DNA of 64,000 nt from an uncultured Anaerotignum sp. (GCA_934277605.1 CAKQVD010000003.1:3503-67502); one strand, 5' to 3'. Positions 1 to 9,286 are shown, counted from the first letter of the stretch. A program made the numbers and translations. Notes: generated from the sequence alone by a model not told the origin.

Positions 1-1019
1 TTGTGGAAGGTATCATTTTTATTATTTTATCCGCAGTCAATGTGCGTGAAGCAATCTTTAATGCAATTCCCACAAATATGAAAAAAGCAGTAAGCGTTGG
101 TATCGGTATGTTTATCGCATTCATCGGTCTGCAAAATGCAGGTGTTGTCATCAACAATGCTTCTACCTGTGTCAGCCTTGGCGATGTGAAAACCGTTCCC
201 GTTGCATTGGCTTTGATTGGTACCATCATCACCTTGGTGCTGGTTATCAGAAAGGTGAAGGGCGCACTTCTGGTAGGTATTTTGATTACATGGCTCTTAG
301 GTATTATCTGCCAGCTGACAGGCATTTATGTGGTAGATGTGGAAGCAGGCGCTTTCTCTCTGATTCCCACAGGCATCATTTCCGCACCCCCCAGCATTGC
401 ACCCATTGCCGGCAAGCTGAGCTTCTCCGGTATTTCTATCTTCGATTTTATCGTTGTTGTGTTTGCATTCCTGTTTGTTGACCTGTTCGACACACTGGGT
501 ACACTGATTGGCGTATCCACAAAGGCAGGCTTCTTGGATAAGGAGGGCAAGCTGCCCAAGATTAAAGGCGCACTGTTTGCAGACGCATTGGCAACAACCA
601 TCGGTGCTGTTTTGGGTACCTCCACAGTAACCACCTTCGTAGAATCCGCATCCGGCGTTTCCGATGGCGGTCGCTCCGGTTTGACAGCATTCACAGCAGG
701 TATTTTGTTCCTGGTTGCACTGCTGTTCTCTCCCATCCTGACAACCATTCCTTCCTTTGCAACCACACCCGCATTGGTCGTTGTTGGTCTGATGATGGCG
801 GAAAACGTAAGGGATATTGATTTCTCTGATTACACAGAGGGCTTCCCTGCATTTATGACAATTTTGATGATGGTTGTATGTTACAGCATTTCCGAAGGTC
901 TGGTATTCGGTGTCATCTCCTATGTTCTGCTGAAGCTGTTCAGCGGCAGAAGGAGTGAGCTGAACCCCGTTATCATCATTATTGCATTTTTGTTCTTCTT
1001 GAAGCTGATTCTCGGCTGA
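1..1019 (+). CDS. NCS2-family nucleobase permease (AzgA/PbuG-like adenine/guanine/hypoxanthine transporter); N-terminus lies upstream of the window
   Basis: Frame open from window edge to TGA 1017-1019. Polytopic hydrophobic protein with family-typical stretches FADALATTIGAVLGTSTVTTFVESASGV and TPALVVVGLMM. Confidence 0.8.
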   Translation, partial: VEGIIFIILSAVNVREAIFNAIPTNMKKAVSVGIGMFIAFIGLQNAGVVINNASTCVSLGDVKTVPVALALIGTIITLVLVIRKVKGALLVGILITWLLGIICQLTGIYVVDVEAGAFSLIPTGIISAPPSIAPIAGKLSFSGISIFDFIVVVFAFLFVDLFDTLGTLIGVSTKAGFLDKEGKLPKIKGALFADALATTIGAVLGTSTVTTFVESASGVSDGGRSGLTAFTAGILFLVALLFSPILTTIPSFATTPALVVVGLMMAENVRDIDFSDYTEGFPAFMTILMMVVCYSISEGLVFGVISYVLLKLFSGRRSELNPVIIIIAFLFFLKLILG

Positions 1020-1020
1020 T

Positions 1021-1048
1021 TTGCAATTTCATAAAAACGTGTTATAAT
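1021..1048 (+). promoter_or_regulatory. sigma-A-type promoter, probably for pfk (TTGCAA-16-TGtTATAAT)
   Basis: TTGCAA 1021-1026, TG 1040-1041, TATAAT 1043-1048, immediately after the permease stop codon. Confidence 0.5.
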
Positions 1049-1050
1049 AA

Positions 1051-1095
1051 CCATGTCTTGAAAATTATTTTTTTCGGGCATGGTTTTCTTTTTTT
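1051..1095 (+). terminator. Rho-independent terminator of the permease gene
   Basis: CCATGTC (1051-1057) pairs with GGCATGG (1077-1083), with inner AAAA/TTTT extension, followed by TTTTCTTTTTTT. Confidence 0.55.
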
Positions 1096-1169
1096 GGTTT
1101 ATCCGTTAAAAAATTGATAGGAAATGAATTTGAGATGTCCTTTTTCAGGGACAGGAAAGGCTGGTTACT

Positions 1170-2393
1170 ATGAAAAATCTTCTGGTTGCCCAATCCGGCG
1201 GGCCTTCTGCTGCAATCAATGCGACATTGGCAGGCGTTGTGGAAAAAGCAATGACCAATCAGAATGTAGGGAAAATTTATGGGGCAAAAAATGGTATCAT
1301 GGGGATTCTCACAGATAAGCTGATGGATTTGACGGATACCTTGGCTGATCCCGAAACATTGCAGCTGCTCTGCCAGACACCTTCCTCTGCTTTAGGCTCT
1401 TGTCGGATGAAGCTGTCCGATTGGGAGGAAAATACCTTTGAATATGATAAAATCCTTGGGATTTTCCGTAAATATGATATCGGATATTTTGTTTATATCG
1501 GCGGGAATGACTCTATGGATACAGTACATAAGCTGGCAGGCTTTTGCGAACGGATGCACATTGATGATATCAAAATCATTGGTGCGCCCAAGACCATTGA
1601 TAACGACTTGATGGAAACAGACCATTGCCCCGGCTTTGGCTCTGCGGCAAAATATGTTGCGGCAACCATGTCGGAGATTGCCTGCGATTGTAATGTATAT
1701 GCACAGCCCTCCATCACGATTGTAGAGATTATGGGCAGAGATGCAGGCTGGCTGACAGCCTCCTCCGCATTGGGCAGACTCAATGGAGACACTGCCCCCG
1801 ATTTGATTTATCTTTGCGAAAGACCGTTTTGCGTAGACCGCTTTTTAGATGATGTGCGTGAAAAAATGGCACATAAGCATTCCATTGTGATTGCTGTCAG
1901 CGAGGGACTGCGCAATGAGGAGGGCGATTATGTGACCAATTCCTTGCAGAACAGAGCGGCAGATGCCTTTGGACATAAAATCTTGGCAGGTGCGGCTCGC
2001 TATCTGGAGGAAATTGTTCGTTTTGAAATCGGCTGCAAGGTTAGAAGCATTGAGCTGAATGTGATGCAGCGTTGTGCCTCTCATGTGGCCTCTGCCTCCG
2101 ATATTTATGAATCCAGATTGATTGGTGCTGCTGCGGCAGATTATGCCATCAGCGGCGGCACAGGGAAAATGGCGGGCTTCCGCCGTACCTCTGAGCAGCC
2201 GTATCGAATCGGGATTGATTTCGTTGATATCGGGCAGATTGCAAATCATGTAAAGACCGTTCCGGATGAATGGATTAACGAGGCGGGAAATGATGTGACA
2301 GAGGAAATGCTTGCATATCTTTTGCCGCTCATTCAGGGGGAATTGCCCTGCACCTATAAAAACGGTGTGCCGGTACATTTGCATTTATATTGA
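1170..2393 (+). CDS. pfk: 6-phosphofructokinase family protein with the PPi-dependent signature (likely diphosphate--fructose-6-phosphate 1-phosphotransferase)
   Basis: N-terminal QSGGPSAAINA, GGNDS (codons 111-115), PKTIDND (Lys141), MGRDAGW. 407 aa. Confidence 0.85.
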   Translation: MKNLLVAQSGGPSAAINATLAGVVEKAMTNQNVGKIYGAKNGIMGILTDKLMDLTDTLADPETLQLLCQTPSSALGSCRMKLSDWEENTFEYDKILGIFRKYDIGYFVYIGGNDSMDTVHKLAGFCERMHIDDIKIIGAPKTIDNDLMETDHCPGFGSAAKYVAATMSEIACDCNVYAQPSITIVEIMGRDAGWLTASSALGRLNGDTAPDLIYLCERPFCVDRFLDDVREKMAHKHSIVIAVSEGLRNEEGDYVTNSLQNRAADAFGHKILAGAARYLEEIVRFEIGCKVRSIELNVMQRCASHVASASDIYESRLIGAAAADYAISGGTGKMAGFRRTSEQPYRIGIDFVDIGQIANHVKTVPDEWINEAGNDVTEEMLAYLLPLIQGELPCTYKNGVPVHLHLY

Positions 2394-2398
2394 TTTTA

Positions 2399-2428
2399 AA
2401 AAAGCCGTTTCATCATACGGCTTTTTTG
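2399..2428 (+). terminator. Rho-independent terminator after pfk
   Basis: AAAAGCCGT / ACGGCTTTT stem followed by a T-run. Confidence 0.8.
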
Positions 2429-2492
2429 CTTTTTTTGCCGCATGGTATAAAGTGCCTTTTTTGTGTCCATACTTTCTCCAAGAGGTGATACT

Positions 2493-3029
2493 ATGCGAAA
2501 AACAGCAGTCATTGCAGCTCTGCTCAGCTTTATGGTCTGCCTGCTGGCAGGGTATTACGCAACCCTTTGGAGAGGAGAACGGCAACAGACGGCAGAGGCA
2601 GAAAGCAATATGGTTCTGGGAGAAAAAAAGCGGATTCATGCCGGAACAAAAATGGTTTATCAATATTTTTATACGCAGGATGCCGTAACGAAAAAGCACA
2701 TCGAGCAGGCACCCGATTTTTTGCAGGGCTTGGATTTGGAGCAGCTCAAAAGCATTTATACCGGTTGGCAGATTGTGTATTTTTCTCCGGAGCAGGTCAT
2801 TTTGCGTTGTAAAATTGAAGGGCTGAGTGATGAGGTTTATGTTCTGGGGGAGGAGAATGGTTTTTTGGCAGTTTTTTATGAGGATGAACGGAAAAAGCTG
2901 TGCATGAAGGAGCGAACAGAGCTGCCGCTTTCTGCTTTGCCGGAGGGAGAGGCAAGGCAGATTCGAGAGGGAATGCGTGTCATTGGGGAGGAAAACTTGG
3001 CGAAGGTTTTGGCGGATTTATTGTCCTAA
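2493..3029 (+). CDS. Membrane-anchored sporulation-type protein with BofC C-terminal-like domain (tentative)
   Basis: ATG 2493 preceded by AAGAGGTGA. N-terminal TM helix (VIAALLSFMVCLLAGYY). C-terminal half (WQIVYF..VYVLGEENGFLAVFYED..) resembles the BofC_C domain from memory. Confidence 0.45.
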   Translation: MRKTAVIAALLSFMVCLLAGYYATLWRGERQQTAEAESNMVLGEKKRIHAGTKMVYQYFYTQDAVTKKHIEQAPDFLQGLDLEQLKSIYTGWQIVYFSPEQVILRCKIEGLSDEVYVLGEENGFLAVFYEDERKKLCMKERTELPLSALPEGEARQIREGMRVIGEENLAKVLADLLS

Positions 3030-3106
3030 TGCTTTTGTGGATAAGGGTGGTTTATTGTATTTATTAACATATAAGTTTCTCTTATTTCTAAACCCTCCTT
3101 CCTTTC

Positions 3107-3135
3107 TGGACAAGAATTGCCCCGCATGATATACT
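3107..3135 (+). promoter_or_regulatory. Candidate sigma-A promoter (TGGACA-17-TGaTATACT) with no ORF behind it
   Basis: TGGACA 3107-3112, TG 3127-3128, TATACT 3130-3135. Confidence 0.4.
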
Positions 3136-3141
3136 GAATTT

Positions 3142-3217
3142 GTGAAAACTCCCCAAAATTTTCACTGAAAACACCTTCTCTTTTTTGAGGGAGAGCGGCC
3201 AAGCGGTCGCTCTTTTT
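3142..3217 (+). ncRNA. Candidate ~75-nt small RNA, or a long 3' UTR end of the upstream gene
   Basis: Lies between the candidate promoter and a strong terminator. Contains hairpin GTGAAAA(3142-3148)/TTTTCAC(3159-3165) and terminator stem GAGCGGCC(3193-3200)/GGTCGCTC(3205-3212) plus TTTTT. No RBS-led ORF. Confidence 0.3.
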
Positions 3218-3249
3218 GTGTGTGGGGAGGGGAGAGCTTTGCAGAAAAA

Positions 3250-3279
3250 TTGACACTGTGCGGCGTTTCCCCTTATAAT
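3250..3279 (+). promoter_or_regulatory. sigma-A promoter of the GH13 gene (TTGACA-18-TATAAT)
   Basis: TTGACA 3250-3255, TATAAT 3274-3279. Confidence 0.6.
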
Positions 3280-3312
3280 AAACCGAGGAAGAGAAATAAG
3301 GTGGTGGAATGA

Positions 3313-5349
3313 ATGGAAACCGATTTTGGTCTGTCTGCGGCAGATTTTCGCACACAGGCGGTTTATAGTGATGAAACAAAGCAATTTCGCTCTCCGGAGG
3401 AGCCGACCGCAGAGGATTGGGTGGAGGTGCGGATTCGTGTGGGCAGGGGAACTGCCTCTGCGGTTTTCCTTTGCACTGCACAGAGGGAATATCTCATGGA
3501 GGAGGCGGAGTGTGAAGGGGTGTTTTCCTATTGGAAGGCCGCATTGCCTCCGACGGAACAGAAAATAACCTATTATTTTCGCCTGCATTTTGGCGAAACA
3601 ATAGGCTTTTATACAAAATACGGCTATTTTTCGGAATATAAGCAGGAGGGGGATTTTCAAATCCTTCGCAATTATCAGGTTCCCGCATGGGCAAAGGGTG
3701 CTGTGATGTATCAGATTTTTACGGATCGCTTTGCCAATGGGGATTCCTCCGATGATGTAAAAACAAATGAATATGTCTATTTAAAGCAGAAGGTGCAGCA
3801 GGTATCCGATTGGAGCAGCCTGCCTGCCGTAAGCGATACGCACCGTTTTTATGGCGGCGATTTGCAGGGGGTAATCAATCATCTGGATTATTTGGCAGAT
3901 TTGGGCGTTGAGGTGCTTTATTTCAACCCGCTTTTTGTTTCGCCAAGCAATCATAAATATGATACGCAGGATTATTGGCATATTGACCCCCATTTCGGGA
4001 AAATCGTCAGAGAAAGCGGTTCTGTTTTGGCTGAGGATGCGGAAACAAACGAAACCGCAACGCTTTATGCAGCCAGAACCACAGAGGAGGAAAACCTGAC
4101 GGCCTCGGATGCGCTTTTTGCGGAGCTGACAAAGCAGGCGCATGATAGAGGAATGCGTGTGATTCTGGATGGGGTGTTTAACCATTGCGGTGCGTTTCAT
4201 AAATGGCTGGACAGAGAGGGCTTTTATGAGGGAAAGGTGCAGGGGGCCTATCGAAATGCGGATAGTCCCTATCGGGAGTATTTTTATTGGAACCCCGATG
4301 GCACCTATGAAGGCTGGTGGGGCTATGAAAACCATCCCAAGCTGAATGTGGAGGGCTGTGCGGCTTTGCAGAAGGAGCTTTTGGAGATTGCGAAGCGTTG
4401 GGTTTCTCCTCCCTTTTGTGCAGATGGCTGGCGGCTGGATGTCGCCGCTGATTTGGGAAAAACGGAATCCTTCAACCATGCCTTTTGGCAGATGTTTCGC
4501 ACTGCGGTCAAGGGTGTTTCTGCCGATAAGCTGATTTTGGCAGAGCATTATGGGGATGCGTCTGCTTGGCTGACGGGTAATCAATGGGATTCCATTATGA
4601 ATTATGATGCCTTCATGGAGCCTGTCACATGGTTTCTGACAGGGGTTTCCAAGCACAGCACAGAAAAGCGTGAGGATATGTATAACAATGCGGATATTTT
4701 TTGGGGCACAATGAGCTATCAGATGGGGAAGCTGCCTGCACAGGCAGCTGCGGTTGCCATGAATGAGCTTTCCAACCATGACCATTCCCGCTTTTTGACA
4801 CGCACGAACCGCAGGCTCGGCAGATTGGAAACAGAGGGCAGTGCGGCAGCAGAGGCAGGAACGGATAAGGCTGTTTTGCGTGAGGCTGTTCTTTTGCAAA
4901 TGACATGGAACGGCGCACCGACTGTTTATTATGGGGATGAGGCAGGCTTGGCAGGCTGGACGGATCCCGATAACCGCCGCAGCTTTCCTTGGGGCAGGGA
5001 GGATAAGGGCTTGCTTGCTTTTCATAAGGCGGCAATTTCCTTGCGGAAAGCCCATCCTGTTTTGCGATATGGCTCGCTAAAGCAGCTTTTTGGTGCTTAT
5101 GGCATCATTGCGTATGGCCGCTTTGACCGAACGGAAAAAATTTTGGTTGCACTGAATAATACGGAGGAAAGAAAAACGGTTGCCATTCCTGTTTGGCAAA
5201 TGGGAACAAGCATAGAGGGAGCTTTGCAAAATTGTTTGATGACAAATCAGGATGGCTTTTCGGAATTTGGCTTTCAATATCCCATCAAAAACGGAGAGGT
5301 ATTGCTGACCTTGCCGCCGAAAAGTGCAATGGCTTTGAAGGAAATATAA
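3313..5349 (+). CDS. Glycoside hydrolase family 13 alpha-glycosidase (neopullulanase/cyclomaltodextrinase-like), intracellular
   Basis: GH13 conserved regions DGVFNH, GWRLDVAAD, ILAEHYG, LSNHDHSRF. N-terminal extra domain, no signal peptide. 678 aa. Confidence 0.85.
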   Translation: METDFGLSAADFRTQAVYSDETKQFRSPEEPTAEDWVEVRIRVGRGTASAVFLCTAQREYLMEEAECEGVFSYWKAALPPTEQKITYYFRLHFGETIGFYTKYGYFSEYKQEGDFQILRNYQVPAWAKGAVMYQIFTDRFANGDSSDDVKTNEYVYLKQKVQQVSDWSSLPAVSDTHRFYGGDLQGVINHLDYLADLGVEVLYFNPLFVSPSNHKYDTQDYWHIDPHFGKIVRESGSVLAEDAETNETATLYAARTTEEENLTASDALFAELTKQAHDRGMRVILDGVFNHCGAFHKWLDREGFYEGKVQGAYRNADSPYREYFYWNPDGTYEGWWGYENHPKLNVEGCAALQKELLEIAKRWVSPPFCADGWRLDVAADLGKTESFNHAFWQMFRTAVKGVSADKLILAEHYGDASAWLTGNQWDSIMNYDAFMEPVTWFLTGVSKHSTEKREDMYNNADIFWGTMSYQMGKLPAQAAAVAMNELSNHDHSRFLTRTNRRLGRLETEGSAAAEAGTDKAVLREAVLLQMTWNGAPTVYYGDEAGLAGWTDPDNRRSFPWGREDKGLLAFHKAAISLRKAHPVLRYGSLKQLFGAYGIIAYGRFDRTEKILVALNNTEERKTVAIPVWQMGTSIEGALQNCLMTNQDGFSEFGFQYPIKNGEVLLTLPPKSAMALKEI

Positions 5350-5372
5350 TTATTATATAAGGAAGAAAAAGA

Positions 5373-6044
5373 ATGAGGATATTATATGAAGATGCAGTCA
5401 TGCTTGCGGTGGTAAAGCCGCAGGGAATGCCTGCACAGGCAGATAAAACAGGAGATTTGGATTTGCTTTCCGCCTTGGAGGAATATGCAGGGCAGCACTT
5501 GGGATTGCTGCACCGCTTAGACAGACCGGTTGGCGGTGTTATGCTGTTTGCGAAGGAAAAGAGGGCGGAGGCATTTCTTGCGAAGGAGCTGCAGGAGCAT
5601 CGCCTGAAAAAAAGCTATTTAACGGTGCTTTGCGGCAAGCTGCCTGCGGAGGAAGGAACACTGGAGGATTATCTTTTGAAAAATGCCCGCACCAATCTTT
5701 CTGAGGTGGTTTCCAAGGAAAGAAAGGGGGCAAAGCGTGCAGCTCTGCGGTATCGGCGGCTTGCGGAAGCGGAAACGGAAATGGGTGTGCTGACCTTGGC
5801 GGAAATTGAGCTGGAAACAGGGAGGCACCACCAAATTCGTGTGCAGACGGCACATGCAGGCTTTGCCATCTGGGGCGACAGAAAATACCATAAATCCTTT
5901 CAGAAGCGGGGAAAAACGGAAATTGCACTTTGGTCTTATCGCTTGGAGGGAATCCATCCGCAGACGAAGGAGCCGTTTTGCTTTCTGGCAAAGCCGGAAA
6001 AGGAGCCGTTTTCATTTTTTGCGGAGAAATTAGAGGAATTGTAA
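5373..6044 (+). CDS. RluA-family pseudouridine synthase (short form without S4 domain)
   Basis: Catalytic HRLDRPVGGVMLFAK and GRHHQIRVQ motifs. Confidence 0.8.
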   Translation: MRILYEDAVMLAVVKPQGMPAQADKTGDLDLLSALEEYAGQHLGLLHRLDRPVGGVMLFAKEKRAEAFLAKELQEHRLKKSYLTVLCGKLPAEEGTLEDYLLKNARTNLSEVVSKERKGAKRAALRYRRLAEAETEMGVLTLAEIELETGRHHQIRVQTAHAGFAIWGDRKYHKSFQKRGKTEIALWSYRLEGIHPQTKEPFCFLAKPEKEPFSFFAEKLEEL

Positions 6045-6106
6045 GAAGTATCCTTTGCAATTTTAGATAGGTTGGTATATAATATAGCAATATAAAATGA
6101 ACCTGT

Positions 6107-6140
6107 GGAGAAGAACCAAATGCGGTTCTTTTCTTTCTAA
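6107..6140 (+). terminator. Probable terminator after the pseudouridine synthase gene
   Basis: GAGAAGAACC / GGTTCTTTTC imperfect stem followed by TTTC. Confidence 0.45.
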
Positions 6141-6199
6141 AATAAATTAGCAATCACAATCATGGATGGCTAACAAAATAAGCAAGGAAGGTGAAAAGA

Positions 6200-8644
6200 A
6201 TGCAAGGAAAATATACGAAAAAGGCGATGGATGTTTTACAGCGTGCGAAGGAAGCAGCAACAAAGCTGGGAAATGAATATATCGGTACGGAGCATATTTT
6301 GCTTGGGCTTACATTGGTGCAGCAAAGTGTTGCCGCTAAGGCATTGGAAGGGCAAAATGTAACCTATCATCAGGTAATGGAGCGCATTTGTGAAATGCAG
6401 GGCGAAAAGAAGAAATTTTATCTCCCTGTGGATATGACGCCACGGGCAAAGAGAGTGGTGGAACGCAGTAAGCAGGAGGCATTACGCCTTGGGGCAAGCT
6501 ATGTCGGCACAGAGCATATCCTTTTGGCACTTTTGCGAGAGCCGGATACGCTTGCCATCACATTGCTGGAGGATTTGGGCGTTGATATCCAGACCTTATA
6601 TGAGGATATTATGCTGCTGCTTGGCGAAAGCGAGGCACAGCCTGCCGGTGTGTTTGGTATGTATGAGCGTCCTGAGGAGGAAGCCTCCGAAACAGAGGAT
6701 TTGGATAAATTCAGCCGTGACATGACGGCGTTGGCAAGCCAGGGTAAATTCGATCCCATTGTCGGCAGAGAGCAGGAGATTGAGCGCATCATTCGGATTC
6801 TCAGCCGCAGAACAAAGAACAGCCCCTGCTTGATTGGGGATCCCGGTGTCGGCAAGACAGCCATTGTTGAGGGCTTGGCACAGAAAATCAGTGATGGGGA
6901 TGTGCCGGATACGCTGAAGGATAAGCGGATTTTCTCCCTTGATTTGTCTGCCATGGTGGCAGGCTCAAAATATCGTGGGGAATTTGAGGAAAGAATGAAA
7001 AAGGCACTTGAGGATGTCAAGGCCGTAGGAAATATCATATTGTTTATTGATGAAATCCACACTGTCATCGGTGCGGGTGCGGCAGAAGGGGCGATTGATG
7101 CCTCCAACATTTTGAAGCCTGCCTTGGCAAGAGGAGAGATTCAGCTAATCGGGGCAACCACGCTTGAGGAATATCGCAAGCATATTGAGAAGGATGCCGC
7201 TTTTGAACGCCGTTTTCAGCCTGTGCGTGTAGAGGAGCCGACAGAGGCGGTTGCGGTGCAAATGCTGAAGGCATTGAAGGATCCGTATGAAATGCACCAC
7301 AGGGTACGCATTTCCGATGAAGCCATTGCGGCGGCAGTGAAGCTTTCCGCAAGATATGTCACAGAACGCTTTTTGCCCGATAAGGCGATTGATTTGATTG
7401 ACGAGGCGGCCTCTTGTCTGCGTCTTTCCGTTTACACCGCTCCGAGCTCTATCAAGGAGGTGGAGGCAAGAATTGATGAGCTGGAAAAGGAAAAGGAGGC
7501 TGCCATCAAGACAGAGGAATTTGAACAGGCGGCAGAAATCAAAAAGCTGCAGGATGGTCTGCGCAGCAGCTTGAAGGTGGCAAAAAAGGCATGGGAAACC
7601 TCCCATGACAGCGGCGAAATTGTGGTAACGGCAGATGATGTTGCAGAAATTGTGTCCCGCTGGACAGGAATCCCCGTGCAGAGCATGAAGGAGGAGGAAA
7701 GCCAGCGCTTGCTGCATTTGGAAGAAACACTGCACAAGAGAGTGATTGGGCAGGATGAGGCGGTGAAGGCATTGGCGAAGGCAGTCCGCCGTGGGCGTGT
7801 CGGCTTGAAGGATCCGAACCGTCCGATTGGCTCCTTCCTGTTCCTTGGCCCTACGGGTGTCGGCAAAACGGAGCTTTCCAAGGCTTTGGCGGAGGCACTG
7901 TTTGGGGATGAAAATGCCATGGTGCGTATTGATATGTCCGAATATATGGAAAAGCACAGTGTTTCTCGTATGGTTGGCTCTCCTCCGGGCTATGTCGGCT
8001 ATGAGGAGGGCGGACAGTTGAGTGAAAAGGTGCGCCGCAACCCTTATTCCGTTGTGCTGTTTGATGAAATCGAAAAAGCCTCTCCGGAGGTGTTTAACAT
8101 TCTTTTACAGGTTTTGGATGACGGGCATATTACCGATGGACAGGGCAGAACGGTTGATTTCAAAAATACGGTTATCATTATGACCTCCAACGCAGGCGCA
8201 CGCAGCATTGCCGCACCGAAGCGGTTGGGCTTTACAAGTGTGGAAACACCGGAGCAGAACTATGAAATGATGAAAAAGGGTGTGATGGATGAAATCAAGA
8301 CCATCTTTAAGCCGGAATTTTTGAACCGTATTGATGATATCATTGTGTTCCACCCCTTAGAGAAGGAGGAAATCACAAGAATTGTGCAGCTTTTGGCAGA
8401 TGTCATGGCGAAACGGGTGCAGGAAAACATGAATATTTCGGTTTCCTTTACCAAAAAAGCAATCGAAAAAATTGCGGAGGAGGGCTATGATAAGGCGTAT
8501 GGCGCAAGACCGCTGCGTCGTGCCATCCAGTCCAAAATCGAGGATGCCTTTGCGGAGGAATATCTGCGTGGGAACATCAAGGCGGGGGATAAGGTTTCCA
8601 TTGGATTGAAAACCAACGGATTCAGCTTTCGTGTTGTGAAATGA
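6200..8644 (+). CDS. clpC: ATP-dependent Clp protease ATP-binding subunit ClpC
   Basis: Double Clp_N repeat, two Walker A boxes (GDPGVGKTAIVEGLA, GPTGVGKTELSKALA), UVR-like middle domain. ATG 6200 behind AAGGAAGGTGA is preferred over the GTG at 6191. Confidence 0.9.
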   Translation: MQGKYTKKAMDVLQRAKEAATKLGNEYIGTEHILLGLTLVQQSVAAKALEGQNVTYHQVMERICEMQGEKKKFYLPVDMTPRAKRVVERSKQEALRLGASYVGTEHILLALLREPDTLAITLLEDLGVDIQTLYEDIMLLLGESEAQPAGVFGMYERPEEEASETEDLDKFSRDMTALASQGKFDPIVGREQEIERIIRILSRRTKNSPCLIGDPGVGKTAIVEGLAQKISDGDVPDTLKDKRIFSLDLSAMVAGSKYRGEFEERMKKALEDVKAVGNIILFIDEIHTVIGAGAAEGAIDASNILKPALARGEIQLIGATTLEEYRKHIEKDAAFERRFQPVRVEEPTEAVAVQMLKALKDPYEMHHRVRISDEAIAAAVKLSARYVTERFLPDKAIDLIDEAASCLRLSVYTAPSSIKEVEARIDELEKEKEAAIKTEEFEQAAEIKKLQDGLRSSLKVAKKAWETSHDSGEIVVTADDVAEIVSRWTGIPVQSMKEEESQRLLHLEETLHKRVIGQDEAVKALAKAVRRGRVGLKDPNRPIGSFLFLGPTGVGKTELSKALAEALFGDENAMVRIDMSEYMEKHSVSRMVGSPPGYVGYEEGGQLSEKVRRNPYSVVLFDEIEKASPEVFNILLQVLDDGHITDGQGRTVDFKNTVIIMTSNAGARSIAAPKRLGFTSVETPEQNYEMMKKGVMDEIKTIFKPEFLNRIDDIIVFHPLEKEEITRIVQLLADVMAKRVQENMNISVSFTKKAIEKIAEEGYDKAYGARPLRRAIQSKIEDAFAEEYLRGNIKAGDKVSIGLKTNGFSFRVVK

Positions 8645-8827
8645 TACTGGATTTTATGCAAAAGAAATCAAAAAATTCTCTATACCTACAATCTATTTTG
8701 TGTTATAATCATAACCATAGTTTTATCTGCTTGCGGCAGAAAACAAACCAAGGTTCAAGCGCAGAGGCAGCCGTTTCCTTCGGCTGTTTCGGCGAGGTAC
8801 AATAGAGAAATGAGTGGAGGTACTGAA

Positions 8828-9241
8828 ATGGCAGTTATCGAGGAATTGATCAGACAAGAAGAAAATGGCACAATCAGTTTCGGTAATCATCTGATGGATG
8901 AAAAGAAAAAAGTTCTGGATTTTGAAGTAAACGGTGATTTATATAAAATCAAAACCTTTAAGGAAATCACAAAATTGGAGAAAAACGGCAAAATGCTGCT
9001 GGAGACAGTTCCCGGCGCAACCGTACATAATTTTGCAGTAGATGAAAAGGGTGCAAGCTTTTCCGTGGAGGGTGCGGAAAACGCACAGATTACAATGGAA
9101 TTGGAGCCTGATACAGAATATAAAATTCTGATTGACGATGTAAATGTCGGCAAGATGAAAACAAATCTGGCGGGCAAGGTAAACTTCAGCGTAGAGCTGG
9201 GCAAGGAAACCCCTTTCGTTGCAATCGAAAAAATCGGCTGA
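8828..9241 (+). CDS. Conserved-looking hypothetical protein, 137 aa, predicted beta-rich, no TM segment or signal peptide
   Basis: ATG 8828 with GGAGG 7 nt upstream. Own extended -10 (TGtTATAAT 8701-8709) and own terminator. Confidence 0.6.
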   Translation: MAVIEELIRQEENGTISFGNHLMDEKKKVLDFEVNGDLYKIKTFKEITKLEKNGKMLLETVPGATVHNFAVDEKGASFSVEGAENAQITMELEPDTEYKILIDDVNVGKMKTNLAGKVNFSVELGKETPFVAIEKIG

Positions 9242-9254
9242 TGTAAGAAAAAGG

Positions 9255-9286
9255 GACTGTAATCATTGGGATTGCAGTCTTTTTAT
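9255..9286 (+). terminator. Rho-independent terminator
   Basis: GACTGTAATC / GGATTGCAGTC 10-bp stem followed by TTTTTATTT. Confidence 0.8.

Noticed and set aside
3142-3165. TTGTGAAAA...TTTTCAC as a possible Rex box or cre site upstream of the GH13 gene
   Set aside because: The half-site spacing (10-14 nt) does not fit the Rex consensus TTGTGAA-N4-6-TTCACAA, and there is no match to the CcpA cre consensus. It is treated only as a hairpin within the candidate small transcript.
6045-6199. Looked for a CtsR operator (GGTCAAA direct repeat) upstream of clpC
   Set aside because: No GGTCAAA-type repeat is present. Only a weak terminator and AT-rich promoter-like sequence were seen.
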